In this document: positions 45,297-52,601 of the stretch, piece after piece
Position numbering within the stretch: the stretch's first letter is position 1
How the letters are laid out: the number at the start of each line of letters is the position of its first letter
IMG/VR virus record: IMGVR_UViG_3300037440_000461
Location: 1-52,601 of that record
Length of the DNA: 52,601 nt
DNA from: a virus
Strand: one strand, 5' to 3'
The notes under the pieces: generated by a model
Databases searched by the model: none
What the model was told of the DNA's origin: nothing
Seen by the model: only the letters and a program-made list of their open reading frames with translations
Position numbers and translations under genes: made by a program

Positions 45297-46046
45297 TCAT
45301 AGCGCGATCACCGTCATGTGACGTTCGCTGAAGACCACATTAGTGGCCGCACCCAGCACGTCCTGCGAACGGTACTTAGCAGTCACCGTGTGCTCCCCAA
45401 CGTTCAGCCCGGTGGCCACGTGCAGCGTAGACATTCCGATCCCGCTGGAGAATAGTTCGGTCGATTCGGTGAAGAAGAAGTGGGACAGAGCCCTGAGGTC
45501 ATCGGGGGCCACGTTGGTGGCCCCGCTGATCTCGAACGACATCAGCCCCCACCTGCCGTCGTCAGAGAACGCGGGCAGTGACATGCGAGCGGTCATCCCC
45601 ACCAGCATGGTGCCACTCAGAATGTCCACCGTGACTGACGGCCCAGGATCTCCACTACCTGGATCCCCATACGTGCTGGCGATACTGGAGCACGTGTCGG
45701 GGACCACGTCAATGGCTATCGACTCGGCCAAGATCTTCCGGGAAAACCTTCTGATCAGGTCCGGGGCTGCGGCGGTGCCTGGGGTGACCCACTGGCCGAG
45801 GATCGACCATGAGCTGGCACCGCCGCCGGGCGCCCAGCCGATCAGCGCCAGCGTGATCCCGGGGGTGAAGTTGCTCGCCGCCGGCCCGGCCAGCACGTCC
45901 AGGTTGGTCAGTGTGGAACCCCGCCACAGGACCTCGTTCTCGAACGTGGTCGGGTTCCACGCCAGCAGCTTCCCCTGGCCGTAGCGGACCCCGGTGTTGT
46001 CTGGTGGTGGCAGCAGTAGCGGGGTCAGGTCGTCGGTGGGGCTCAT
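45297..46046 (-). CDS. Minor tail / structural protein (249 aa)
   Basis: It is coupled to the upstream Gly-rich tail gene. The composition is beta-rich. I recognised no motif. Confidence 0.5.
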   Translation of the reverse strand: MSPTDDLTPLLLPPPDNTGVRYGQGKLLAWNPTTFENEVLWRGSTLTNLDVLAGPAASNFTPGITLALIGWAPGGGASSWSILGQWVTPGTAAAPDLIRRFSRKILAESIAIDVVPDTCSSIASTYGDPGSGDPGPSVTVDILSGTMLVGMTARMSLPAFSDDGRWGLMSFEISGATNVAPDDLRALSHFFFTESTELFSSGIGMSTLHVATGLNVGEHTVTAKYRSQDVLGAATNVVFSERHMTVIAL

Positions 46047-46843
46047 ACGAACACCTCGACGATCACGATCCCGGCCGCACCCGGGGTGGAAGCTTTCGCG
46101 GTCTGAGAGGGGCCGTTGTTGCAGCCGCCGGAGCCGCCGCCGTACCGGCGACCCGGCTCACCGACCGAGTTGGACACACCGGCCGACGCGCTGCCGGACA
46201 TGTGGCTGTGCCCGCCATAGTTAGCCTGGGTGATGTCCCCACCGATCCGCCGGCCGGTGCCACCATCCGACCCGTCGATCAGCAGATCACCGGTACCGCC
46301 GGTGCCACCCTCACCGCCGGCGTTGGTCAGGTTGCTGGACCCGGCGGCGGAGCCGTCACCATGCTCCCCCCCGTTGGCGACCACCTTGCTCACGCCAAAG
46401 CTGGACACAGCTCCGTCGTTGCCGTTGTTGTTGCCCGCCGTGGCCGCCGCCCCACCAGCCCCGACGGTCACCGTCTCCGAGCTGGCCAGAGCCGCGGCGA
46501 GCAGGAACGACTCGGCGTACTCGCCACCGCCGCCGCCGCCGGGGATGGCACCATCAGTCCCACCGGTGGCCGCCGCACCGCCACACGAACCGCCGCCGCC
46601 GACAGCCCTGACCCGCACGCCCTTCAACCCGGGGAAGCTGCCCTTGGCAAACGAACCACTGGCGGTGTAGTAGACGGTGGTCAGGATGATGAAGCCGGTG
46701 CGCACCGGCTGGAGCTCCACGTCCAGGCCGGAGACGGTGCCTTCGACCGCGTCGGCCAGATCGTGGATCTGCTCATACCCGGCCGGGGTGTCGTTCTTGG
46801 CCGGCACCGGCCAGCCGTAGATCGGTGTGCTGGCCACCGTCAC
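46043..46843 (-). CDS. Glycine-rich minor tail protein (266 aa)
   Basis: It has a long G/A/S/T-rich core and the C-terminal motif PGAAGIVIVEVFV. It is a paralogue of 49773..50648 and typical of actinophage minor tail proteins. Confidence 0.7.
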   Translation of the reverse strand: MTVASTPIYGWPVPAKNDTPAGYEQIHDLADAVEGTVSGLDVELQPVRTGFIILTTVYYTASGSFAKGSFPGLKGVRVRAVGGGGSCGGAAATGGTDGAIPGGGGGGEYAESFLLAAALASSETVTVGAGGAAATAGNNNGNDGAVSSFGVSKVVANGGEHGDGSAAGSSNLTNAGGEGGTGGTGDLLIDGSDGGTGRRIGGDITQANYGGHSHMSGSASAGVSNSVGEPGRRYGGGSGGCNNGPSQTAKASTPGAAGIVIVEVFV

Positions 46844-49194
46844 ACCTCCACTCTGACCAGGGTCTGCTCGCGGGTGGTGCCGACCATCGGGCTACCAGCC
46901 TCCAGCGGGATGACCAGCGACTCCATGACGTGACGTTCCCGGTTCCCATCCAGGTACCGCACCTCGATCGGGTCGTGAGGCCGCAGCGCCGGGTTGACGA
47001 TGGCGCGGAAGTCCACCTGGTAAGGCAGGCCGATGCTGCGTCGCAACATGTTCGCCGCCGCCAGCGACGCCTGCCCGACCGTGGTCAGCAGCGGCGAGGC
47101 GTAGAACCGGGGGACCCTGCCGAACCGGCCGCCGAAGAAGGTCGGGGACAGCGGGTTGGCATCGACGGCCACCGCCCGCACCGGGTCGTCACTGTCGCCG
47201 GCCTCACCGGTGGCGACCACCGCGTTGTACACACCCACCCGGGTCAGGGCACGGGACACCTGCAACTGAACCCCGTTGTCGCCGGCGTTCACGGTCCACA
47301 CCGGCACACCCGGGTCGGGCGCGTCCTCCACCCGCAGGAAGCCCTGCCCATCCCAGAACATGACCTTGCCGAGACTGTCGGCGATGTCCCGGAGGAACTG
47401 GTAGCGGGACTCCTCGGCCACCAGCGGCCGGCCCAGGGTGTCCATCGCTGACGAGTCAAAGATGATCACCGCATCCGGGTAGATCTCAGTGACCAGCTCC
47501 TCGAACACTGACTGGGTGGTGCGACTACCCGCAAACACCCGCGGGGCGAGTAGCCGCCCATCGACGATGCCGGCCATCCGGTCCTGGCAGGACAGCCGGA
47601 TCGGCCCGTCCGGTGCGTCGTCCTGCTCCGGGGTGTTGATCCGGAAGTAGCCGAGTGGGAACCACAGCGGCTCCAAATCCGGGCCGAGGTCGACCGCCCG
47701 GCGCACGAAGATCTCATTCCCGTACGGGGCCAGCAGATCGGACCCGCGTCGGGGCCACAGCTCCCCGAAGGTGGTCAGCTGTAGGGTCCGCTGGATCTCC
47801 GCGGTCCCGTCGAGGGTCACATCCCCCCCGAGGATGCCAAGCTCGACCCCGGCCGGGTCGTCGCCGGTGTGGAAGCTCGCGCAGACCCGGGCGTCGAACA
47901 AGACCCGGTGGGAGCCGGACAGGGTACGCAGCAGCGCCCCGGTGGCCGGTACCGGCGGTGGGGTGCCGGCCACCGTGAAGGTGTGGGTGAACACCGCGGA
48001 GGCGCCACGCCACGCGGTGAGGGTGACCTGCAGGTGGATGCCGAGGTCCTGGACGGTGACGGTGCCGTACTGGTTACGCCCGTCGAGGGTCCCCTCGGAG
48101 TAGGTGCCGCCGGTGCCGAGCCCGGGGGTGGCGTCGAGGCTGGCGGCCTGAAGGACGGGGATGTTGCCGGGGGAGTTGGCGCCGTCGTCGAGCGCCACCC
48201 CGTGGTAGTCGCCGGAGACGATGCACATCCGCCCCAACCAGCCGGCGGCGTCGAACATCGCCACCAGCTCGGCCTGCTCGGTCTGGAAGCTGGCCCACGA
48301 GTCGGTGGCGGTGCCCAGCCACTGCTGCGGCAGCAGCCACACCAGCAGCCTCGCCGGCGAGGTGACGAGCAGGTTAGCCAGCCAGGCCTTCTGGGCGGTG
48401 CCGAGCATGGTCTTGCTGGCGTCGTCCGGGTCGCTGTTGTCCGACCCGTAGTAGCGGACATCGGCGCCGACGAACAGGACCCGGCCGATCTGCCAGGACT
48501 GCCAGATGCCTGCCGAGTCCGGCAGGTCGTAGTGGGGGACCCGCTCGCGGTAGATCTGGGCGGCGTTGGGTGAGGCGCCGCGCTGGTTGTTGGCTAGGAA
48601 GTCGTGGTCATCCCACAGGTAGCCGAAGGGGACCTCGCGGTAGAGCTGGGCCTGCCTCGACTGGGCGAGGTTGTCGTCGTAGAAGCTGCGCCGGTTGGCC
48701 AGCGTGTCGGTCAGGGTGACCCCCCAGTCGGGGTATCCGAAGTCGCCCAGGTGGGTGAACCCCAACCAGTTGTTGGCCAGCGCCGCCGTGCGGATGGTGT
48801 CATGCACCGGGTGGTTGGACACCAGGTCGGCGTCGAGCTCCCCGCCGGCATCACCGGGGAAGTCGGGGTCGAGCCCGGCGCACGACGCGGCGGCGAGGGT
48901 GAACGTGGCGGGTAGCCCGAGCGGCGGGTGGGTGAGGAACTGGCCGGTCGGGTCGGTGTCGAGCACCGTGTTGTCCTCTACCTGCCACCAGTAGCGGCTG
49001 CTGGTGGCCAGGCCGGTGATGCTCACCTTCGCCACACCTTGGGCGTCGACCGCCTGCGAGCCGGTGAACACCGGGCTGGTCATGGAGGCGTTGTTGGCCA
49101 CAGCCACCCGCACCGGGCCGCCGCCGGACACCTTCGCCACGAAGGTGGCGCCGCCCGGGGTGACCGCCCCAACCACCATGGACACCACGGTCAC
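46840..49194 (-). CDS. Tail-tip (Tal-position) protein fused to an N-terminal PhoD-like metallophosphatase
   Basis: The N-terminal ~395 aa carry ITGLATSSRYWWQV (PhoD N-domain-like), LGDFGYPDW, YLWDDHDFLANN and IVSGDYHGVAL (PhoD-type metallophosphatase motifs). The C-terminal ~390 aa are a beta-rich tail protein. It is the third gene after the tape measure. Confidence 0.75.
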   Translation of the reverse strand: MTVVSMVVGAVTPGGATFVAKVSGGGPVRVAVANNASMTSPVFTGSQAVDAQGVAKVSITGLATSSRYWWQVEDNTVLDTDPTGQFLTHPPLGLPATFTLAAASCAGLDPDFPGDAGGELDADLVSNHPVHDTIRTAALANNWLGFTHLGDFGYPDWGVTLTDTLANRRSFYDDNLAQSRQAQLYREVPFGYLWDDHDFLANNQRGASPNAAQIYRERVPHYDLPDSAGIWQSWQIGRVLFVGADVRYYGSDNSDPDDASKTMLGTAQKAWLANLLVTSPARLLVWLLPQQWLGTATDSWASFQTEQAELVAMFDAAGWLGRMCIVSGDYHGVALDDGANSPGNIPVLQAASLDATPGLGTGGTYSEGTLDGRNQYGTVTVQDLGIHLQVTLTAWRGASAVFTHTFTVAGTPPPVPATGALLRTLSGSHRVLFDARVCASFHTGDDPAGVELGILGGDVTLDGTAEIQRTLQLTTFGELWPRRGSDLLAPYGNEIFVRRAVDLGPDLEPLWFPLGYFRINTPEQDDAPDGPIRLSCQDRMAGIVDGRLLAPRVFAGSRTTQSVFEELVTEIYPDAVIIFDSSAMDTLGRPLVAEESRYQFLRDIADSLGKVMFWDGQGFLRVEDAPDPGVPVWTVNAGDNGVQLQVSRALTRVGVYNAVVATGEAGDSDDPVRAVAVDANPLSPTFFGGRFGRVPRFYASPLLTTVGQASLAAANMLRRSIGLPYQVDFRAIVNPALRPHDPIEVRYLDGNRERHVMESLVIPLEAGSPMVGTTREQTLVRVEV

Positions 49195-49766
49195 AACGTC
49201 ACCAGATCCTCGGGCGACCCGACCGTGTCGAGCAGGTCAGCCCACGTCGGATGGGCTGATACCAGCGCCTCCCACGAGCCGTACAGGGACATCACCGTCC
49301 CCCAGGTGAGGGTGCCGCCGACAACATCCGGGCCCGGTGGATTGACCTCGATGATCGGGACGGTGAACAGGTGGTGTGCTGAGACTCCATCGATCCGATG
49401 CCGGACGGCTCGTCCAGCCAACACGTACATAGATCCGGGAAGCAAGGTGTTTCCCTGCCGGCCGGCAACGCCGACGGCGGGCACATGAAGAAAAAGGACC
49501 TCTGAGGTCCGGAGCATCAGCTCTAGATGTGACGCGTCAGCCGAGTTGTCGGTCCTCAGGTACAGCGCATGATCTCGGCCACCATGCAGGTCAGTGGTCG
49601 CGGTCGGCAAGGAGCGGCCGGAGATTGGAAACGCTGAGGATCGGGAGGCGTACTCGACATCACCATAGTCGGACACACTGACGGCCATGTTCAAAAACGG
49701 ATACCGGACGGACTTGAGCCACACCTCACCGGCGAGGCTGGGTGTGATCGACTCGATCTCAGGCAT
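49191..49766 (-). CDS. Minor tail protein (possible distal tail protein)
   Basis: 191 aa, second gene after the tape measure, coupled to the tail-tip gene. This is a positional call only. Confidence 0.5.
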   Translation of the reverse strand: MPEIESITPSLAGEVWLKSVRYPFLNMAVSVSDYGDVEYASRSSAFPISGRSLPTATTDLHGGRDHALYLRTDNSADASHLELMLRTSEVLFLHVPAVGVAGRQGNTLLPGSMYVLAGRAVRHRIDGVSAHHLFTVPIIEVNPPGPDVVGGTLTWGTVMSLYGSWEALVSAHPTWADLLDTVGSPEDLVTL

Positions 49767-49772
49767 GGCAGC

Positions 49773-50648
49773 TCACCCGGCGAAGATGTGCTCGACCAGC
49801 ACGATCCCGGCGGCGCCGGCGCCGCCGGTGAGCGCGGCCGCAGACTCGGAGTTGGCCGCCCCCGAGCCGCCCGACCCGTAGGCGGCGCCGGCCACCCCCG
49901 CCGAACCGCCGGTCTGCTGCCGCCCGCCGCCGCCCATGATGCTGCCGCCGCCGATACCACCCAGACCGCGGATCGCCTGGTAGCGCAACGCCGCCCCACC
50001 GCCACCACCGTCGACCGTCACATCGCCGGTTGCGCCGGTTCCACCGGCGGCGCCACCAATGTGGTTCGGGGTGGCTGACGCGGTCGCGACCGACCCGCCA
50101 GCGCCGCCCGGTGCTGACACGTCCGTGCCGGTCGTCCGGGTGAACGTTGAGGTCACGCCGGCGCCGCCGCTTGCTCCGGACACCCCCGCCCCGCCCGTAC
50201 CGACGGTGACCGTCTCGGTCGCACCCAGGTCGGCGGCCGGGATCACCGAGACCGCGGCCGCACCGGCCCCACCACCCGCCCCCGCCGAACACTGACCGGC
50301 TGCCGTGGCCGCCGCACCACCACCGGCGCCGCCACCACCGACCACGGTGACCCGGGCGGCGACCAGCCCCAAGGGCTTGGTCCACGTCCCCGAGCTCGTG
50401 AAAACGTCCACAGTGTCCTCCAAACTGACCTGGGTCACCCGGTAATGGTTGAGCACGTCCGCGCCGAACTCGCCATCCCACAGCTGCCCGGCCCCGGCCA
50501 CGAGCGGTAGCGATATCCCGCCCCGCACCGTGGTCCACAGCAGCTGGTTGAGGCTGCGTTCCACCAGCACCGCACCGTTCGGGTACGCGGAGATGTTGAT
50601 CAGCTGTCGGGACAGCGCGACATCGAAGGTGGACAGGTCGACGGTCAC
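49773..50648 (-). CDS. Glycine-rich minor tail protein (291 aa)
   Basis: It is coupled to the tape-measure stop. An N-terminal ~115-aa globular part is followed by a G/A/S/T-rich core ending GAAGIVLVEHIFAG. It is a paralogue of 46043..46843. Confidence 0.7.
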   Translation of the reverse strand: MTVDLSTFDVALSRQLINISAYPNGAVLVERSLNQLLWTTVRGGISLPLVAGAGQLWDGEFGADVLNHYRVTQVSLEDTVDVFTSSGTWTKPLGLVAARVTVVGGGGAGGGAAATAAGQCSAGAGGGAGAAAVSVIPAADLGATETVTVGTGGAGVSGASGGAGVTSTFTRTTGTDVSAPGGAGGSVATASATPNHIGGAAGGTGATGDVTVDGGGGGAALRYQAIRGLGGIGGGSIMGGGGRQQTGGSAGVAGAAYGSGGSGAANSESAAALTGGAGAAGIVLVEHIFAG

Positions 50649-52601
50649 CGCGCAGCCCCCGATCCCGCCCCAACCCGCCGCCGCACCTGGCGGTCATGGC
50701 CACTGATCTCGGTCCGCACGACCCGCACCACCTCATCCCCGATCTGGATGACGTTGTCCAGGTAGATCGGCCCGGCCGAACCGCCGCCCGCCCCACCGCC
50801 ACCAGAGCCACCGACCGGCCACCGGCCGGTCGCGTTCAGCGCCAGCAGATCCGCCCGGTACCGCTGCGAGACCTCAGGGTTGAGGACGATCTCCTTCGGG
50901 GTAGCAGCGATCAGCCGGCGGTCGGGCGACTCGCCGAACGGCCCCGGCACCTCCCCGCCGTGCTGGAAGCGGGGCACTCGGATGGCGCCCACCGCGGCAG
51001 TGCCGGACACCTCGAAGGAGATCCGCACGAACCGGTCGATGTTGTCGAGCTGCTCCCGCAGCCGCTTGGCGGCGGCCTCGGCCTGCTCCATCCCCGGGGT
51101 GCTCACGCTGGTCGAGACGGCATCGGGGATCGCCCGGTAGCTGTCGATCAGGTCCCGGACCGCCTCCTCCTCGAAGCCGCGCTTGATCAGGGCCGCTTCA
51201 ATCTTGTCGAGCTGGGTGTCGTACAGGGCGTTGGCGTCATCGATCGACATCCCGTTGTCGATGTTCGCCCCACGGAGGTCCTCGATCGCATCGATCTGGT
51301 CGAGCACCGCGCCGCGGTTGTCCCGACCGGCCTGGGTGTTCAGCCCCAGGGTGCGGGTGCCTTCCTCCAGCTCGGCGACCAGCTCGGCGAAACCCTCTTT
51401 GTAGGCGATCGTCGCCCGGTCCAGCGACATCTGAGCGCCGAACAGGAGGTCGAATGCCTCGCGTAGCGCATCGACGTCCTCGGCGGCCTGCTCGGCCACG
51501 GTGCCGACCTCGCCGATGCCGGCCGCGACGTCCTCGGCGGCGGCGGCCCCCACCTCGGCGGCACCCCGCCACTCGTCGAGCTGGCCGCGCAGCAGTTCGG
51601 TCTGGTGGGTCGTGAGCCCCATCTCGGCGGTCAGCCGGGCAAACGCCGCCTCTGCCTGCTCGGTGCTGCCGGCCCGTGCCATGGTGGCCAGCGCCTGGTC
51701 GAGCGCCTCCACCTTCTCCCGCGGCACCTCCAGATCCCGGCCCAGCCGGAGCATGGTCGAGCCGAACTGCCCAGGAACCTTGTCCAGGAAGTCCTGGGCG
51801 CCCCGGCCGAGCTTGTCCCACCACCGGTCATTGAGCAGGATCTCGAACTCGTCCCCAACCGCAGACAGGTCGTCACCGAGCACCCGGGCGGTCTCACCGG
51901 ACAGCTTGCCGGTCTCCTCGAACTTCGCCAGCCCGACCGTCATCGCGTCTACCGCCGGGTTCAGCTCATCGAAGATCGCCTGCTCCAGTTTGCGGGAGGC
52001 GAAGTCGAGCGCCACCAGCGCGGCGGTGACGGGGCCGAGCGCCAGCCCAATCCCGGACACCGAACGCTGGAGCGCGGTCGAGGCCAGCGCCGCCCGGCCA
52101 CCCTTGGCGGCCATCTGCTCCAGCGCGAGGTTGAAGGCATGGATCTTCGGGACGGCGATCAGCGCGGTCCCGCCCGCCAGCAGCACGGCGGCGGTCACCG
52201 CGGCCAGGATGGCGAGCGCGTTACGCAACGGCTCCGGTAGATCGGCGATCGCCCCGGTGAACCCTGCGACCGTGTCGGCCATCTCGGCGACCACCGGTAG
52301 GAAGGTCCCGCCCAGGTCGATCGCGGCCTCGTTGATCTGGTTGCGGGCGATCTGGATCCGGGCCTCCGCGGTCTGGTAGCGCCGGTTCGCCTCGTCCACC
52401 AGCGCCGTGTTCTCCTGCCACGCCTGGTTGCCGATCTGCAGAGACTGAGTCAGGTTGTCGCCACTGCCCGCCAGCCGGCGCAGCGCGTCCGATGTCCGGA
52501 TCTCCGTGATGCCCAGCTCCCGGAGGACGGCGTTGACGTCCCCGCCGCTTGACTGGACCTTCGCCAGCCCGGCCACGAACCGGGCGATGGCCGTACCGGC
52601 A
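50645..52601 (-). CDS. Tail tape measure protein, C-terminal part (continues from 1..951)
   Basis: The frame is open at the window end and continuous with 1..951. The joined gene is 926 codons. It is helical and A/E/L-rich with a hydrophobic segment ALAILAAVTAAVLLAGGTALIAV. The track start at 52576 is only an internal GTG. Confidence 0.9.
   Translation of the reverse strand, partial: AGTAIARFVAGLAKVQSSGGDVNAVLRELGITEIRTSDALRRLAGSGDNLTQSLQIGNQAWQENTALVDEANRRYQTAEARIQIARNQINEAAIDLGGTFLPVVAEMADTVAGFTGAIADLPEPLRNALAILAAVTAAVLLAGGTALIAVPKIHAFNLALEQMAAKGGRAALASTALQRSVSGIGLALGPVTAALVALDFASRKLEQAIFDELNPAVDAMTVGLAKFEETGKLSGETARVLGDDLSAVGDEFEILLNDRWWDKLGRGAQDFLDKVPGQFGSTMLRLGRDLEVPREKVEALDQALATMARAGSTEQAEAAFARLTAEMGLTTHQTELLRGQLDEWRGAAEVGAAAAEDVAAGIGEVGTVAEQAAEDVDALREAFDLLFGAQMSLDRATIAYKEGFAELVAELEEGTRTLGLNTQAGRDNRGAVLDQIDAIEDLRGANIDNGMSIDDANALYDTQLDKIEAALIKRGFEEEAVRDLIDSYRAIPDAVSTSVSTPGMEQAEAAAKRLREQLDNIDRFVRISFEVSGTAAVGAIRVPRFQHGGEVPGPFGESPDRRLIAATPKEIVLNPEVSQRYRADLLALNATGRWPVGGSGGGGAGGGSAGPIYLDNVIQIGDEVVRVVRTEISGHDRQVRRRVGAGSGAAR
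52475..52601. repeat. Terminal duplication, copy 2 of 2 (identical to 1-127)
   Basis: See copy 1. Confidence 0.95.

Overview
This window is a complete, circularly closed genome of a temperate, very high-GC siphovirus of actinobacterial type. Bases 1-127 repeat 52475-52601, so the unique length is 52474 bp. The host assignment rests on a WhiB-like gene, a DUF6221-like gene, an Excalibur lipoprotein, pervasive GTGA/ATGA start-stop coupling and leaderless-looking starts.

I call about 100 genes, and all but seven are on the minus strand. Reading the minus strand in order:
- The early arm starts with a Cro-like HTH gene (start 35953) followed by about 45 genes. Many are tiny Cys-rich or membrane proteins. 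Recognisable ones are WhiB, VRR-NUC, a Cas4-like exonuclease, a J-domain protein, a prim-pol/SF3 helicase, an Excalibur lipoprotein and an HNH-AP2 homing endonuclease.
- The packaging module is HNH, a putative cos gap, terS and terL.
- An insert follows, made of a zincin gene, a small membrane peptide and an antisense wHTH gene.
- The head module is portal, S78 protease and HK97-type capsid.
- A second insert holds an Endo VII homing endonuclease, an IPT/TIG protein, small ORFs and a 905-aa repeat protein.
- The tail module has connector/neck genes, the major tail protein, G/G-T chaperones with a CCCAAAA -1 frameshift, and the tape measure gene, which is split by the linearisation point. It continues with Gly-rich minor tail proteins and a tail-tip protein fused to a PhoD-like phosphatase.
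- The lysis module is an amidase endolysin plus a membrane-protein cassette.

The plus-strand genes are a CI-like repressor, a short tyrosine integrase, a wHTH moron, a small membrane-protein moron and a 3-gene cassette. That cassette sits behind a gene-free, highly structured region of about 530 nt with two long inverted repeats, which is the most unusual element in the window.

I saw no rRNA, tRNA or CRISPR array. All functional calls rest on motif recognition by eye. No database search was run.
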